Counted from the first letter of the stretch, positions 45,340 through 55,594 are shown. The stretch: DNA of 64,000 bases from Candidatus Gottesmanbacteria bacterium RIFCSPLOWO2_01_FULL_43_11b (GCA_001780985.1 MFJV01000001.1:913609-977608); one strand, 5' to 3'. The notes: generated from the letters alone by a model not told the origin. Numbers and translations are program-made.

Positions 45340-48189
45340 ATGCCTACGAGGAGTCTCCTTGTAGGGAAGAAGCCCCAATTTGTCAAGAACAAAAGCGCCG
45401 TTTATAATAAGTGGATGGCGTTTAAATCAGTCTCACCACAAGTAAATTTTCCGGAGTTGGAGCAGGAAGTGCTCGAGTACTGGAAAAAGAATAAGATTTT
45501 TGAAAAATCAATTGAATCCCGGCCAGTTGAGAAATCCTGGACGTTTCTTGACGGCCCTCCGTTTATAACAGGCCTTCCGCACTACGGCACGTTACTTTCA
45601 AGTATTCCAAAAGATCTTTTCCCCAGATACTGGACAATGAAAGGGTATAGAGTACGAAGGGTCTGGGGTTGGGATTGCCACGGACTTCCTGCAGAAAACA
45701 AAGTTGAAGAGAAATTACACATAAAAAGAAAACGGGATATAGAAGAAAAAATCGGTGTCAAGAAATTTATTAACGAATGTAAACTCTACGTTAAAAATGT
45801 TTCTTCAGAGTGGGAATGGTACGTTGACCACATAGCCCGATGGGTTGATTTCCAAAACGCATATAAAACCATGGACAAAGACTACATGGAAACCGTGATA
45901 TGGGTATTTAAACAAATGTATGACAAAGGCTTGATTTATAAAGGGCTCCGCGTTTCCCTCTACTGCCCCCACTGCGGTACTCCCATTTCAAACTTTGAGG
46001 TTGCAATGGATGCGGATAACTATAAGGAAATGACGGAACCGACTGCAGTATTTATGTATCAGCTTGAAGATAAAAAAGATACGTATTTACTCGCCTGGAG
46101 TACGACACCATGGAATAAGATTGCCACCCCGGCACTCGCTGTTAATCCAAAACTTACGTATGTGAAAGTTAAACAAGGGGATAAATTTTTCATTTTGGCA
46201 AAACCCACGATGGCAATGATCAACGGTGAGTATAAAATTACTGAAGAATTTAAAGGAAAAGAACTCATCGGGAAAAAGTTTGTTAAACATTATGATTTTT
46301 ACTCATATGACCCCGGGATTATCATAGCAGGGGATTTTGTGACAGCAGAGGAAGGAACAGGAATTGTGACAATCGCAGCGTACGGTGAGGAAGATTTAGC
46401 GGTCATGCAGAAAGAAAAAATCCAACTTGTCCTCCATGTTGATGATGAAGGAATGATGAAAAGACAAGTGCCAAAATGGGCCGGGAAATACTATTTGGAC
46501 GTTGACTCTTTGGTTATCGATGATTTGAAATCACGCGGACTCATTTATAGAGTTGATAGCTACACTCACACAATTCCCACCTGCTGGAGATGCCACACAC
46601 GACTCTACTACGCTCCGCAGGATGCTTGGTATGTAAACGTGCAAAAACTGAAACCCGCCATGTATAAAACCAATGAAGCGGTCAATTGGTTTCCGGAACA
46701 CTTTAAGTACGGCAGATTCCTCAAAAGCATGGAGTCAGCGCCTGATTGGTGTATATCCAGGAGCCGATTTTGGGGTTCGCCCGTACCTGTTTGGGAATGC
46801 ACGAACGGCCATAGATTTGTACCGGGATCAATTAAAGAGCTTGAGAAAGCAAGCGGGGTAAAAATAACCGATCTCCACAAACCTGAGATAGATGAAATAA
46901 AAGTGACATGCAAGGAATGCAAAAAACCAGGCTCGAGAGTACCAGAGGTATTAGATAGCTGGATTGAGGCAGGAAGCGCATCATTTGCAGAGCGACATTT
47001 TCCCTTCAGTAAAGTCGATCTCAAATCCTTTTTCCCTCCTGACTTTATCGTTGAATACACAGGACAAATAAGAGCATGGTTTTACGTGCTCCATGTGATT
47101 TCTACTGCCCTTTTCGATAGCCATGCATTTAAAAACGTGGTTGTCTCCGGAGTTATTTTAGGTACAGACGGACGAAAGATGAGCAAAAACTATGGAAATT
47201 ACCCTGATCCAAAAGAGATGCTTCTCAAATACGGCGGTGACGCGCTAAGACTATATTTATTGGGTTCACCTGTCATGCACGGAGAAGACATTCGGATTTC
47301 TGAGGTGGAATACAGAGATCAAGTAAGGGGTTTGCTCCTCAAGCTTTGGAACGTGTATAACTTTTTTGTGACATATGCAAACGTTCATAAATGGAAACCG
47401 AACGGCAAAGAGTCGAAACATATTCTTGATCGGTGGATACATGCACGTCTTCAAAAACTCAATAGCGATGTGACAGAGGCACTTGAGGGATATGATTCTG
47501 TAGTAACTGTACGCGCTTATGAAGACTTCGTAAACGATCTATCGACCTGGTACATACGAAGAAGCAGAAATAGGATTGGTGATGAATTCTATCAAACGTG
47601 TTACCAAGTCTTAACGACTTTGTCACAACTTCTTGCACCAACTGCCCCGTTTATTGCTGAGGCAATATATAGAAATTTGACCGGCGAAGAGTCTGTGCAC
47701 CTCACTAGTTGGCCAACAGCAGCAAAATTACAACACTTCGATCTATCGATAGATGAAAGTATGAAGATTGTTCGACGAATCTGCGAGCTTGGACATGCAC
47801 AGAGAAAAGAAAATAAAATAAAAGTACGACAGCCACTTAGCCTTTGTAGTGTCAAAAACATCCAAATAGATCTTGATGATGAATATCTTGCATTGATTCG
47901 GGATGAACTAAATGTAAAAACCGTTCGTTTAGAGAAAGGTAAAGGGGAGATGGGTGTAGCTCTCGATACGAAATTAACTCCGGAACTTATGCAAGAAGGA
48001 CAGGCGAGAGAACTTATTCGTGAAATTCAGAAACTTCGCAAAGTTAAAGGATGTAGAATAGATGAACGGATCACCGTCACCCTTCCGAAATCGTTTAAGG
48101 AATTACCTAAGGATCTCATTGATTTTATTAAAAAAGAAACATTGACTGGTAGTCTTCTATGGGGAGAACAACTGACGATTGGATCATAA
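45340..48189 (+). CDS. ileS: isoleucine--tRNA ligase (type 2)
   Basis: DGPPFITGLPHYG HIGH-region variant, GWDCHGLP and KMSKNYGN motifs; the true start may be the internal Met (MAFKS...). Confidence 0.85.
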   Translation: MPTRSLLVGKKPQFVKNKSAVYNKWMAFKSVSPQVNFPELEQEVLEYWKKNKIFEKSIESRPVEKSWTFLDGPPFITGLPHYGTLLSSIPKDLFPRYWTMKGYRVRRVWGWDCHGLPAENKVEEKLHIKRKRDIEEKIGVKKFINECKLYVKNVSSEWEWYVDHIARWVDFQNAYKTMDKDYMETVIWVFKQMYDKGLIYKGLRVSLYCPHCGTPISNFEVAMDADNYKEMTEPTAVFMYQLEDKKDTYLLAWSTTPWNKIATPALAVNPKLTYVKVKQGDKFFILAKPTMAMINGEYKITEEFKGKELIGKKFVKHYDFYSYDPGIIIAGDFVTAEEGTGIVTIAAYGEEDLAVMQKEKIQLVLHVDDEGMMKRQVPKWAGKYYLDVDSLVIDDLKSRGLIYRVDSYTHTIPTCWRCHTRLYYAPQDAWYVNVQKLKPAMYKTNEAVNWFPEHFKYGRFLKSMESAPDWCISRSRFWGSPVPVWECTNGHRFVPGSIKELEKASGVKITDLHKPEIDEIKVTCKECKKPGSRVPEVLDSWIEAGSASFAERHFPFSKVDLKSFFPPDFIVEYTGQIRAWFYVLHVISTALFDSHAFKNVVVSGVILGTDGRKMSKNYGNYPDPKEMLLKYGGDALRLYLLGSPVMHGEDIRISEVEYRDQVRGLLLKLWNVYNFFVTYANVHKWKPNGKESKHILDRWIHARLQKLNSDVTEALEGYDSVVTVRAYEDFVNDLSTWYIRRSRNRIGDEFYQTCYQVLTTLSQLLAPTAPFIAEAIYRNLTGEESVHLTSWPTAAKLQHFDLSIDESMKIVRRICELGHAQRKENKIKVRQPLSLCSVKNIQIDLDDEYLALIRDELNVKTVRLEKGKGEMGVALDTKLTPELMQEGQARELIREIQKLRKVKGCRIDERITVTLPKSFKELPKDLIDFIKKETLTGSLLWGEQLTIGS

Positions 48190-49208
48190 CCCTCCTCCTT
48201 GTTTTTCTCACAAGCGTGGGTTTGTTTGTCCTCTCGACTCTTTCTCAAGCACTATTTCTCCAGCAGTTTGTCTTTGTTATATTTGCTGTTGTATTTTTCA
48301 GACTGTTTTCGCGTATTGATGGAGCGGTTCTTTGGTGGTTTGCACCATGGGGGTATATTTTAAGCCTCATTTTATTGCTCGTTTCGTTTTTGGGACCTGA
48401 AATTCGCGGTGCAACACGGTGGATTATGATAGGAACTATTCAAATTCAACCGTCTGAACTGGTCAAGCCTTTGCTTCTTTTGGCATTTAGTCGATTCATG
48501 ACACAATTTTCGCCCCGGCAGTTTAAAAATGTACTCCTCCATATGCTCCTTTTTGCCTTACCGGTACTTCTTGTCATACGGCAACCGGACCTTGGAACAA
48601 GCATAATTTACACGAGTTCCTGGGTTGCCATGATGGTTGCCGCCGGACTTCCTCTCTGGACATTAATTCTAGCGGGTATTGGAGTTGGGTTCATTTTCCC
48701 CTTTCTCTGGAATCTTCTGGCGCCTTACCAGAGAGATCGGCTTACAACATTCCTCGCTCCCACACTTGATCCGAAAGGGGCAGGGTACAATGCGCTGCAA
48801 TCTATGATTGCAGTGGGAAGCGGCCAGTTTTTTGGAAGAGGTTTAGGGCGGGGTACGCAGAGCCATCTCCGTTTCTTACCGGAGCACCATACGGATTTTA
48901 TTTTTGCGACCCTTGTTGAAGAGCTCGGATTTTTTGGTGGCATTGCACTTTTATTATCCTATTTTGCACTCTTTGTCCGCATGCTCATGCCGCTTCTTCG
49001 GGGGTTCACTGATGATCTTTTTGCGTTTATCTTTAGCATTGGGTTATTTGCCGTCATTATGGCTCAGGTTTTTATTCATGTCGGGATGAATATGGGGGTA
49101 CTTCCCATTACCGGTATTACTCTACCGCTTGTTTCTTACGGCGGAAGTTCCGTCATTTCAATAGCAATCTCATTCGGAATCTGGTTTGCGCTGGTGCGAC
49201 GCAGATGA
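48159..49208 (+). CDS. rodA: SEDS-family protein RodA/FtsW paralogue
   Basis: Second 10-TM SEDS protein. Confidence 0.7.
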   Translation: MGRTTDDWIITLLLVFLTSVGLFVLSTLSQALFLQQFVFVIFAVVFFRLFSRIDGAVLWWFAPWGYILSLILLLVSFLGPEIRGATRWIMIGTIQIQPSELVKPLLLLAFSRFMTQFSPRQFKNVLLHMLLFALPVLLVIRQPDLGTSIIYTSSWVAMMVAAGLPLWTLILAGIGVGFIFPFLWNLLAPYQRDRLTTFLAPTLDPKGAGYNALQSMIAVGSGQFFGRGLGRGTQSHLRFLPEHHTDFIFATLVEELGFFGGIALLLSYFALFVRMLMPLLRGFTDDLFAFIFSIGLFAVIMAQVFIHVGMNMGVLPITGITLPLVSYGGSSVISIAISFGIWFALVRRR

Positions 49209-49224
49209 TACAATTAGCCTTGCT

Positions 49225-49542
49225 ATGTTCGCAGTCGTCACCATTTCCGGAAAGCAGTATAAGGTGAGTGTTGGTGACACAATAGTCGTTGACCAGATTG
49301 ACGGAAAGGTGGGTTCAGTCGTTACCTTTGACCACGTGTTACTCTCATCTGACGGCAAAAAAACCACTGTCGGCAAACCAACCCTGAAAAAAGTCGTGGT
49401 AAGCGCAAAAATTTTAGCTCACCAAAAAGGAGAAAAAATTCAGGTTCGTCGCTTTAAATCCAAAGTCCGCTACCGCCGCTCTGTGGGTTTTAGAGCGCGA
49501 CAAACGAAACTCGAAATTGTCAAGATATCTACTTCTTCATGA
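49225..49542 (+). CDS. rplU: 50S ribosomal protein L21
   Basis: MFAVVTISGKQYKV N-terminus. Confidence 0.85.
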   Translation: MFAVVTISGKQYKVSVGDTIVVDQIDGKVGSVVTFDHVLLSSDGKKTTVGKPTLKKVVVSAKILAHQKGEKIQVRRFKSKVRYRRSVGFRARQTKLEIVKISTSS

Positions 49543-50657
49543 CTTCCTACCTTTTCTTATTTGGGAAAACGCCAGAGCTTTCGTGGCTTGAACTTAGGTC
49601 ACTCTATTCTCAAGCTCGTCTTATCAGCCCGCTTGTTGCCTTTGTGGAAGCAGTTTTAGATCCAATTGCCGTGATGCGACAACTCGGAGGAACCGTTAAA
49701 ATTGCCAAAGTAGTGGGAACGGTAACAGAGATTTCAGTTAAAACTCTTGTTCCCCTTCTTACAAAAGAAAAACGATCCAATCATATTACCTTCGGGGTAA
49801 GTCGATACGACACCAATGAACCTATTTCCAAAGGTCTTCTTGCGGACATTAAAAACCAGCTTGAACTTACTGGTATAGGCGCACGATTTGTTGAAGCACG
49901 TGCCGATAGTCGCTTGGGGAGCGTTATTATTGCAAAGCAGGATGTCGTTGATCTTGTTATTACCCGTGAAAAGAAAACGTATCTGATTGCACGAACTATT
50001 GCAGTGCAACTATTTGAAGAATGGAATAGACGCGATTACGGCAGACCGAACGCTGACCCTAAAAGCGGCATGCTCCCTCCAAAAGTAGCACGCATGCTTG
50101 TGAATATTGCCCTTCGGCAAGCTCAGGGTAAACCGATTCTTCTTGATCCATTTTGCGGGATGGGGACAATTCTTGCAGAGGCGTTGCTCACAGGATGGGC
50201 AGTTTTGGGGAGTGACCAATCATCTGACGTAATCAAAAAAGTTGAAGAAAATCTTCGATGGCTTTCCCGCGAATATCCCTCTATTGAATCGAGTTTAGAT
50301 CTCTACGTTTCCGATGCAACACATATTTCCCAGAATGTAAAACCAGAAAGCATTGACGCAATTGTGACAGAACCATATATGGGCCCTGCGAAACTTAAAA
50401 GTCCCATTAAAAATATTATAAAAGGACTGGAGAAACTCTACATTGGATGCCTCAAAGACTGGCACGGCGTGCTTAAAACTGGAGGTAAGATTGTCATGGC
50501 CATCCCAAAATATTCGATAAACAACAAAACATATTTCGTGAAAAAAGTCATTGACAGCTGTGAAATGCTCGGCTATACTACCATCGCTGGACCTATAGAA
50601 TATAGTCGTCCACAAGCGGTCGTACGAAGACAGTTTTATATATTACAAAAGAAATAA
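49539..50657 (+). CDS. THUMP-domain RNA (guanine-N2) methyltransferase (Trm11/RlmL-like)
   Basis: [16 protein letters not shown] motif typical of THUMP-linked m2G methyltransferases. Confidence 0.65.
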   Translation: MTSYLFLFGKTPELSWLELRSLYSQARLISPLVAFVEAVLDPIAVMRQLGGTVKIAKVVGTVTEISVKTLVPLLTKEKRSNHITFGVSRYDTNEPISKGLLADIKNQLELTGIGARFVEARADSRLGSVIIAKQDVVDLVITREKKTYLIARTIAVQLFEEWNRRDYGRPNADPKSGMLPPKVARMLVNIALRQAQGKPILLDPFCGMGTILAEALLTGWAVLGSDQSSDVIKKVEENLRWLSREYPSIESSLDLYVSDATHISQNVKPESIDAIVTEPYMGPAKLKSPIKNIIKGLEKLYIGCLKDWHGVLKTGGKIVMAIPKYSINNKTYFVKKVIDSCEMLGYTTIAGPIEYSRPQAVVRRQFYILQKK

Positions 50658-50659
50658 CT

Positions 50660-50941
50660 ATGGCTCATATTAAAGCAGGCGGAACCACTCGAGCAAATAA
50701 AGATTCAGCCTCCAAGAGACTTGGAGTTAAAATTTATGGTGGACAACGCGCAATTGCTGGAAATATCATTGTTCGTCAAAAGGGAACAAAAGTATACCCG
50801 GGAGACGGGGTGAGTATTGGGAGAGATTTTACAATTTTTGCATTGACTTCTGGTTTAGTTGAATTTTTTACCAAAAGAGGGAAACAATACGTTTCGGTCC
50901 TGCCTGCCGGCAGGCAGGTCCTGCCCGCCAAGAGCCAATAA
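50660..50941 (+). CDS. rpmA: 50S ribosomal protein L27 with a 7-aa in-frame C-terminal insertion encoded by a palindromic repeat
   Basis: [17 protein letters not shown]-terminus; the C-terminus [16 protein letters not shown] contains the 21-nt repeat at 50896-50921. Confidence 0.85.
   Translation: MAHIKAGGTTRANKDSASKRLGVKIYGGQRAIAGNIIVRQKGTKVYPGDGVSIGRDFTIFALTSGLVEFFTKRGKQYVSVLPAGRQVLPAKSQ
50899..50918. repeat. 20-nt perfect palindrome CCTGCCTGCCGGCAGGCAGG (copy 2, inside the rpmA 3' end)
   Basis: Identical to 21008-21027; flanked by CCTG direct repeats (tCCTG ... tCCTG). Confidence 0.8.
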
Positions 50942-50942
50942 C

Positions 50943-51752
50943 ATGGCCGACACCCAACAGGTTTTACATCTTGAGATTGATCTTGTTCAACCCAACCCAC
51001 TGCAGCCCCGTGGTTTGATTTCACCTGACTCCCTTGCAGAACTGGTCAACTCCATTAAAGAACACGGAATTATTGAGCCATTGGTTGTAGCTAAGACACC
51101 TGCTGGCTACCAAATTATTGCGGGGGAGAGACGGTGGCGGGCAAGTAAATTAGCAGGACTGTCAACCGTTCCCGTCATCCTTAAGGAAACATCAGCAAAA
51201 GGAATGCTCGAGATGGCATTGGTTGAAAACGTACAACGCGAGGATTTAAATCCCATTGACCGCGCGCAGGCATTTCAACGGTTAATTGAAGAATTTGGGT
51301 TGCCAGTTTCAGAGATTGCAAAACGCATTGGAAAAAGCGAATCGTATGTGAGCAACACAATGCGTCTTTTAGCCCTTCCTGATGCGATAAAAGACGGATT
51401 AATTTCAGGTTCTATTTCTGAAGGGCATGCGCGGGCAATTGCAGGCCTTGGTGATGTCAAACTCATGGTGGATGCGTATAAAACAATTCTTACGGAAAGC
51501 GCGTCTGTTCGTAGAGCAGAAGATTTAGCACGAAGACTCAAAGCGCAAATAAATAAAAAACCTGTCCATAAATTACAGCGAATTCACAGCGACGAGCTGG
51601 ATAACATGGCAAAGGGCATGGCGCAGGCAGTCAACGGACTCGTTAAAATTACCCAATCGAAAGTCGAAGCACGATTGGTCTTTGTCATCCGTGGCAACCT
51701 CGAATCAACAAGCAAAATCCTCAAGGATATAAATAAAAAACTCACCTCTTAA
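50943..51752 (+). CDS. parB: chromosome partitioning protein ParB/Spo0J
   Basis: IAGERRWRA ParB-box motif and HTH region; ATG at 50943. Confidence 0.85.
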   Translation: MADTQQVLHLEIDLVQPNPLQPRGLISPDSLAELVNSIKEHGIIEPLVVAKTPAGYQIIAGERRWRASKLAGLSTVPVILKETSAKGMLEMALVENVQREDLNPIDRAQAFQRLIEEFGLPVSEIAKRIGKSESYVSNTMRLLALPDAIKDGLISGSISEGHARAIAGLGDVKLMVDAYKTILTESASVRRAEDLARRLKAQINKKPVHKLQRIHSDELDNMAKGMAQAVNGLVKITQSKVEARLVFVIRGNLESTSKILKDINKKLTS

Positions 51753-52315
51753 GGGATCTCGTAGGAAGGCTGTGGGACAACGCCGAATTTAGAAAACGGC
51801 CAATAGCGAAGAAACGCTTTTCCGATAAAATCTTCTTTCGGAACCGTTCCAAATTCCCGTGAATCAGCACTATGCGGGCGATTGTCACCCATGACAAAAT
51901 ATTCTCCTTCGGGTACAACAATCTCTTGATCTTCGGTTAAATACGATCCGCCGAAAATCGTTATGTCTGGCGAGAGATACGGTTCCTCAACTTCACTGTC
52001 GTTGACATACATCGTATCGTTACGAAGCATCACCGTATCACCGGGAAGACCGATAATTCTTTTAATGTAATCAATTTCAGGATTACCGGGGGATTTAAAA
52101 ATTACAACTTCACCACGTTTGGGATCTTTAATTTTATAAAGAATTTTGTTGGTGAGGATGTATTCCCCGTTGATAAACGACGGCTCCATGCTTGCCCCTT
52201 TAATTTCCTGTGGCGACATAACGAAGAGGTAAATCATGACCATAATTGCCATGACAACAACGATAGATTGGAGAAAATCAAAAATGGCCACCACGGCCCG
52301 CTTAATAAAATCCAT
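51749..52315 (-). CDS. lepB: signal peptidase I
   Basis: N-terminal TM, GASMEPS serine box, KRIIGLPGD and GDNR boxes. Confidence 0.85.
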   Translation of the reverse strand: MDFIKRAVVAIFDFLQSIVVVMAIMVMIYLFVMSPQEIKGASMEPSFINGEYILTNKILYKIKDPKRGEVVIFKSPGNPEIDYIKRIIGLPGDTVMLRNDTMYVNDSEVEEPYLSPDITIFGGSYLTEDQEIVVPEGEYFVMGDNRPHSADSREFGTVPKEDFIGKAFLRYWPFSKFGVVPQPSYEIP

Positions 52316-52360
52316 AATTTTCCTACGTTTAGTCTAAGTGATATAATAACCCTCGTCAAG

Positions 52361-52381
52361 GACGACTAGCTCAGCTGGTTT
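52361..52381 (+). other. tRNA 5'-fragment-like sequence (acceptor plus D-arm only)
   Basis: GGACGACTAGCTCAGCTGGTT matches the 5' acceptor/D-arm of a tRNA but no anticodon or T arm follows. Confidence 0.25.
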
Positions 52382-52426
52382 ACCCGATCAAGTTTTTTTG
52401 CAAAGCAAAAAATTTGTGCGGGTGAA

Positions 52427-52439
52427 GAGCGTTTCATTG
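52427..52439 (+). repeat. 13-nt direct repeat GAGCGTTTCATTG (left copy)
   Basis: Repeated at 52764-52776; together they bracket the GIY-YIG gene and tRNA-Val. Confidence 0.6.
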
Positions 52440-52705
52440 TGTATTACGTGTATATTTTAAAAAGTTTGACTGACAAGAAATTGTATTCCGGATATACTGA
52501 TAATTTGAAAAGGCGTTTTCGAGAGCATAATAATGGAGAAGTGGAGAGTACGAGGAATAGAAAACCTTTTACGTTGGTATATTACGAAGCGTATCAGCAT
52601 CAACAAGATGCTACCGCAAGAGAAAAGTTCTTTAAAACACAGTGGGGAAGGAATTATTTGAAAAAGGTTTTAAAAAATTATTGGGCGCGCATAGCTCAGG
52701 GGTAG
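52439..52705 (+). CDS. GIY-YIG family nuclease (small stand-alone)
   Basis: YVYILKS...KLYSGYTDNLKRRFREHN is the classic GIY-YIG motif; GTG start; its 3' end overlaps tRNA-Val by 21 nt. Confidence 0.75.
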   Translation: MYYVYILKSLTDKKLYSGYTDNLKRRFREHNNGEVESTRNRKPFTLVYYEAYQHQQDATAREKFFKTQWGRNYLKKVLKNYWARIAQG

Positions 52706-52756
52706 AGCGCTTCGTTGACATCGAAGAGGTCTATGGTTCAAATCCATATGCGCGCA
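52685..52756 (+). tRNA. tRNA-Val (anticodon GAC)
   Basis: Hand-folded cloverleaf: acceptor GCGCGCA/TGCGCGC, D-arm GCTC-AGGGGTA-GAGC, anticodon stem CTTCG/CGAAG with loop TTGACAT, T-arm TATGG-TTCAAAT-CCATA, discriminator A; no encoded CCA. Confidence 0.8.
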
Positions 52757-52763
52757 CAAGGAT

Positions 52764-52776
52764 GAGCGTTTCATTG
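52764..52776 (+). repeat. 13-nt direct repeat GAGCGTTTCATTG (right copy)
   Basis: Identical to 52427-52439; a related TGCGCGGGTTGA motif downstream mirrors TGCGGGTGAA upstream of the left copy. Confidence 0.6.
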
Positions 52777-52832
52777 ACCCGAACAAATTTTCTCAAGAAA
52801 ACTTGCGCGGGTTGACATTGAAAAGGGTCCAC

Positions 52833-54089
52833 ATGAATAAAAATCTTCGCGCATGGCTCCTCTACGATGCCGGTAATTCTTTCATCGTTTCCGCGACAGG
52901 AGGGCTATTCCTGGCACAATGGTTCGTGTTAGACAAAGGGATTCCTGAAGCCTGGTATGGATTTGCGTTTTCAGCCGCCACAGTTTTTGTATTGCTTTCC
53001 TCTCCCATCATTGGTGCTTGGTCGGATACACTCGGCTACAGAAAACCATTTATCAATTTTTTTACCATCGCACTTCTTCTTGCGGGATCGTTGATGATTT
53101 TCACAACGAATGTAGCTGGTTTTGGAAATCTGTTTCCACTTCTCACACTCTTACTTTTCTTTTTTGTGCAATACACCTACCAGTTAAGTTTTTTATTTTT
53201 CAATACATTGTTAGAAAAACTCTCCTCGAAACAAACTCTTGCTCGTATATCAGGATTAAGCACTCTTTATAATCAAATAGCCTACGTATTAGCGAATGCA
53301 ATTCTTTTACTGTTTGCCATGGGCAAAATAACGCTCATTGGAATTCCCGGACGTTCTCAAGTATTTTTGCCGGCAGTAGTAATCTGCACAATTTTTTCTT
53401 TACCGCTTATTCTGCAATTTCAGGAGAAACGTACGGTGAAAGAGGGAAGTACAAGACAAACGAGTGCGCTTGCAGAAACAATCGGTGGAATTCGAATGCT
53501 TTTTAAGAAAGAAAGAAATGTTGGAGTGTTTCTTTTGGGATTTAGTTTTGTATCTGACGCGCTTCTCACAATCTCGCTGTATTTTGCTCTCGTCATGAAT
53601 GAACTCTACCGCATGAGCGACGTGCAAAAACTTATCGCCATCTCTTTAATGTATGTCTGTGCGGGATTAATTGGCGCGCTGCTTGGAAAAGTCGCTGGTC
53701 GGTTTGGGATGAAGCGAAGCTTACTTTTTATGGCGTTGATGCTTACTGGATCCTTTACCGTTGCACTTTTGGGGTCAAACTTTTCCGTGTTGCTGGTAAC
53801 CTTAATTTTTGCAGGGATAGGATGGGGCGGATTTTACAGTCTGACGAGAGCGATGCTCATTCGAATTGCGCCCCCTGCGCGATTGGGAGAATACTTTGGG
53901 TTTTACTCAACATTTGAGCGCTTCGCATCAATTATTGGACCGACGATTTGGGGAGTGATCGTCACATGGCTTGCAGTAACTGGAGGATTCAGATATAGAA
54001 TTGCAGGGATTACAGAGGTAGTACTTATGGTCATAGGAATAGTTTTATTGTCGAAAGTAAAAGTAAGTAGATCCTATGGCAAACTATAA
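52833..54089 (+). CDS. MFS transporter
   Basis: 12 predicted TM helices in a 6+6 arrangement; ATG at 52833. Confidence 0.7.
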   Translation: MNKNLRAWLLYDAGNSFIVSATGGLFLAQWFVLDKGIPEAWYGFAFSAATVFVLLSSPIIGAWSDTLGYRKPFINFFTIALLLAGSLMIFTTNVAGFGNLFPLLTLLLFFFVQYTYQLSFLFFNTLLEKLSSKQTLARISGLSTLYNQIAYVLANAILLLFAMGKITLIGIPGRSQVFLPAVVICTIFSLPLILQFQEKRTVKEGSTRQTSALAETIGGIRMLFKKERNVGVFLLGFSFVSDALLTISLYFALVMNELYRMSDVQKLIAISLMYVCAGLIGALLGKVAGRFGMKRSLLFMALMLTGSFTVALLGSNFSVLLVTLIFAGIGWGGFYSLTRAMLIRIAPPARLGEYFGFYSTFERFASIIGPTIWGVIVTWLAVTGGFRYRIAGITEVVLMVIGIVLLSKVKVSRSYGKL

Positions 54090-54768
54090 TTCAACCATTC
54101 TTGATACTCTCATTCCTAAAATAAAAGCAGTTATTTTTGATATGGATGGGGTGCTGGTTGATTCCGAATCTCAACATTTCCGTGCGCATAAAATGGCAAT
54201 AGAAGAAAATGGAGGAACATTAACCAAAGAATTTTATAGTACGCATGGGATTTCTCGCGACCCCTTACTGTTTTACGCGGATTGTTTTCCTGATAAAAAG
54301 AATAACAAAGAATTTTTATCATGCGTGTCACGGCGAAAACTTCAAATATATAGACAGTTGCAGGAGAAAGAGGGAATTCTTTCTGTCAAACCAGCGATAT
54401 CGCTAGTCAAATTTCTTTACGGAAAACATATTCCGCTTGCAGATGGAACAGCGGTCTACAAGAATGAAGCAATGAAAAATCTTACGACACTGGGAGTAAG
54501 TAATTTTTTCCGAGTGATTGTAACTCTTGATGATGTTGGCGGTAAACGGAAACCAGCTCCAGATATTTATTTAAAAGTTTCACAACTTCTTAAAGTTCCT
54601 CCCAATCGCTGTCTAGTGATTGAGGATTCAGAAAATGGCGTTAAGGCGGCAGCAGCCGCGGGTATGCCTGTTGTCGTTGTTCCGAATGCGTTTACCAAAA
54701 CGCACAATTTTACCGGTGTAATCATCGTTTCCTCATTTGAGCAGATCAAAAAAACATTTAGTATCTAG
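54076..54768 (+). CDS. HAD-IA family hydrolase (beta-phosphoglucomutase-like)
   Basis: VIFDMDGVLVDSE motif I, K at motif III and EDS.NG motif IV. Confidence 0.75.
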   Translation: MANYNSTILDTLIPKIKAVIFDMDGVLVDSESQHFRAHKMAIEENGGTLTKEFYSTHGISRDPLLFYADCFPDKKNNKEFLSCVSRRKLQIYRQLQEKEGILSVKPAISLVKFLYGKHIPLADGTAVYKNEAMKNLTTLGVSNFFRVIVTLDDVGGKRKPAPDIYLKVSQLLKVPPNRCLVIEDSENGVKAAAAAGMPVVVVPNAFTKTHNFTGVIIVSSFEQIKKTFSI

Positions 54769-54833
54769 ACAAAAGAAGTAAATTGTGAGGTAATATACGT
54801 AAACTGTTTTTTATGAAGGCGAGGTGATACGAA

Positions 54834-55079
54834 ATGCAAAACGTACCTGGCGTCACTGATCATCTAAAGACACATATCGGTAAATGGCCGGCGACAAAAG
54901 CAGAACTGGTTGCGGCTTGTAATGCTTTAAGCGATTTTACTCCGGAAGATAAAGCAGAATTTGAATCGAAACTGCCGGATGGGACATACAACAGCGCCGA
55001 CGATGTGATGAGAGCATTGGGAATGGAGGCAAGTCCGCCAGTTGGTGGAACGCCACCATCTGCGCCGATGCCAAGCTAA
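54834..55079 (+). CDS. hypothetical small protein (81 aa)
   Basis: ORF only; hydrophilic with a Pro-rich C-terminus. Confidence 0.35.
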   Translation: MQNVPGVTDHLKTHIGKWPATKAELVAACNALSDFTPEDKAEFESKLPDGTYNSADDVMRALGMEASPPVGGTPPSAPMPS

Positions 55080-55138
55080 TGTGAAAACCAATTCATAAAG
55101 CGCGCTTGCGAAATTACGTTTGACCTCAAGCGCGTTTT

Positions 55139-55561
55139 CTATTTGGAAGTCCGTTGAATGGAAGGGTGCGCTATATATATGTACCCGGTTTCACGAATAG
55201 TCTGAACTATTGCAGGAAGAGAAGTATCCGCGAATCGAAGGTTTGAACGAACCCGAGAAGCACATTGACGAAAAGCACTTATCATAGCTTCTTTAACAAA
55301 TTTATTACTGTTTTTTAAAGTGTCACCATTTTTAAAAAATAATGCCTCGAGTAGGACTTCGTATGTTTGAATAGAGTTTGGATTTATGAGCAATTTTAAA
55401 AAAAATGAGTGATCAAGAGGGAATAACCGCGCGATTACGTTTTTATTGACCAGCAATTCATGGTTGAGTATGTCATAGGAAACATATTTATTTTTCCTGT
55501 CGAGCAATTTCAGGTAGGTTTCTACGCCTAATCGTTCTCGATTAATCTCGATGCGATTCAT
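55139..55561 (-). CDS. hypothetical protein (140 aa)
   Basis: ORF on the minus strand in an accessory-looking stretch. Confidence 0.35.
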   Translation of the reverse strand: MNRIEINRERLGVETYLKLLDRKNKYVSYDILNHELLVNKNVIARLFPLDHSFFLKLLINPNSIQTYEVLLEALFFKNGDTLKNSNKFVKEAMISAFRQCASRVRSNLRFADTSLPAIVQTIRETGYIYIAHPSIQRTSK

Positions 55562-55594
55562 AATTGACGCTATTATACTTTAGCCCACCAGTAT

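Noticed and set aside
50859-50942. N-terminal extension of parB starting at 50859
   Set aside because: The extension is encoded by the palindromic repeat and the rpmA 3' end. The conserved ParB N-terminus begins at ATG 50943 (MADTQQ...).
52361-52440. Possible second complete tRNA upstream of the GIY-YIG gene
   Set aside because: Only the acceptor 5' strand and D-arm start are tRNA-like. No D-stem closure, anticodon arm or T-arm can be drawn, so it is kept only as a fragment.
52803-52832. TTG start at 52803 for the MFS transporter (as in the ORF track)
   Set aside because: A canonical ATG at 52833 begins the hydrophobic N-terminus (MNKNLRAW...). The upstream 10 codons overlap the repeat motif TGCGCGGGTTGACATTG and are more likely non-coding.
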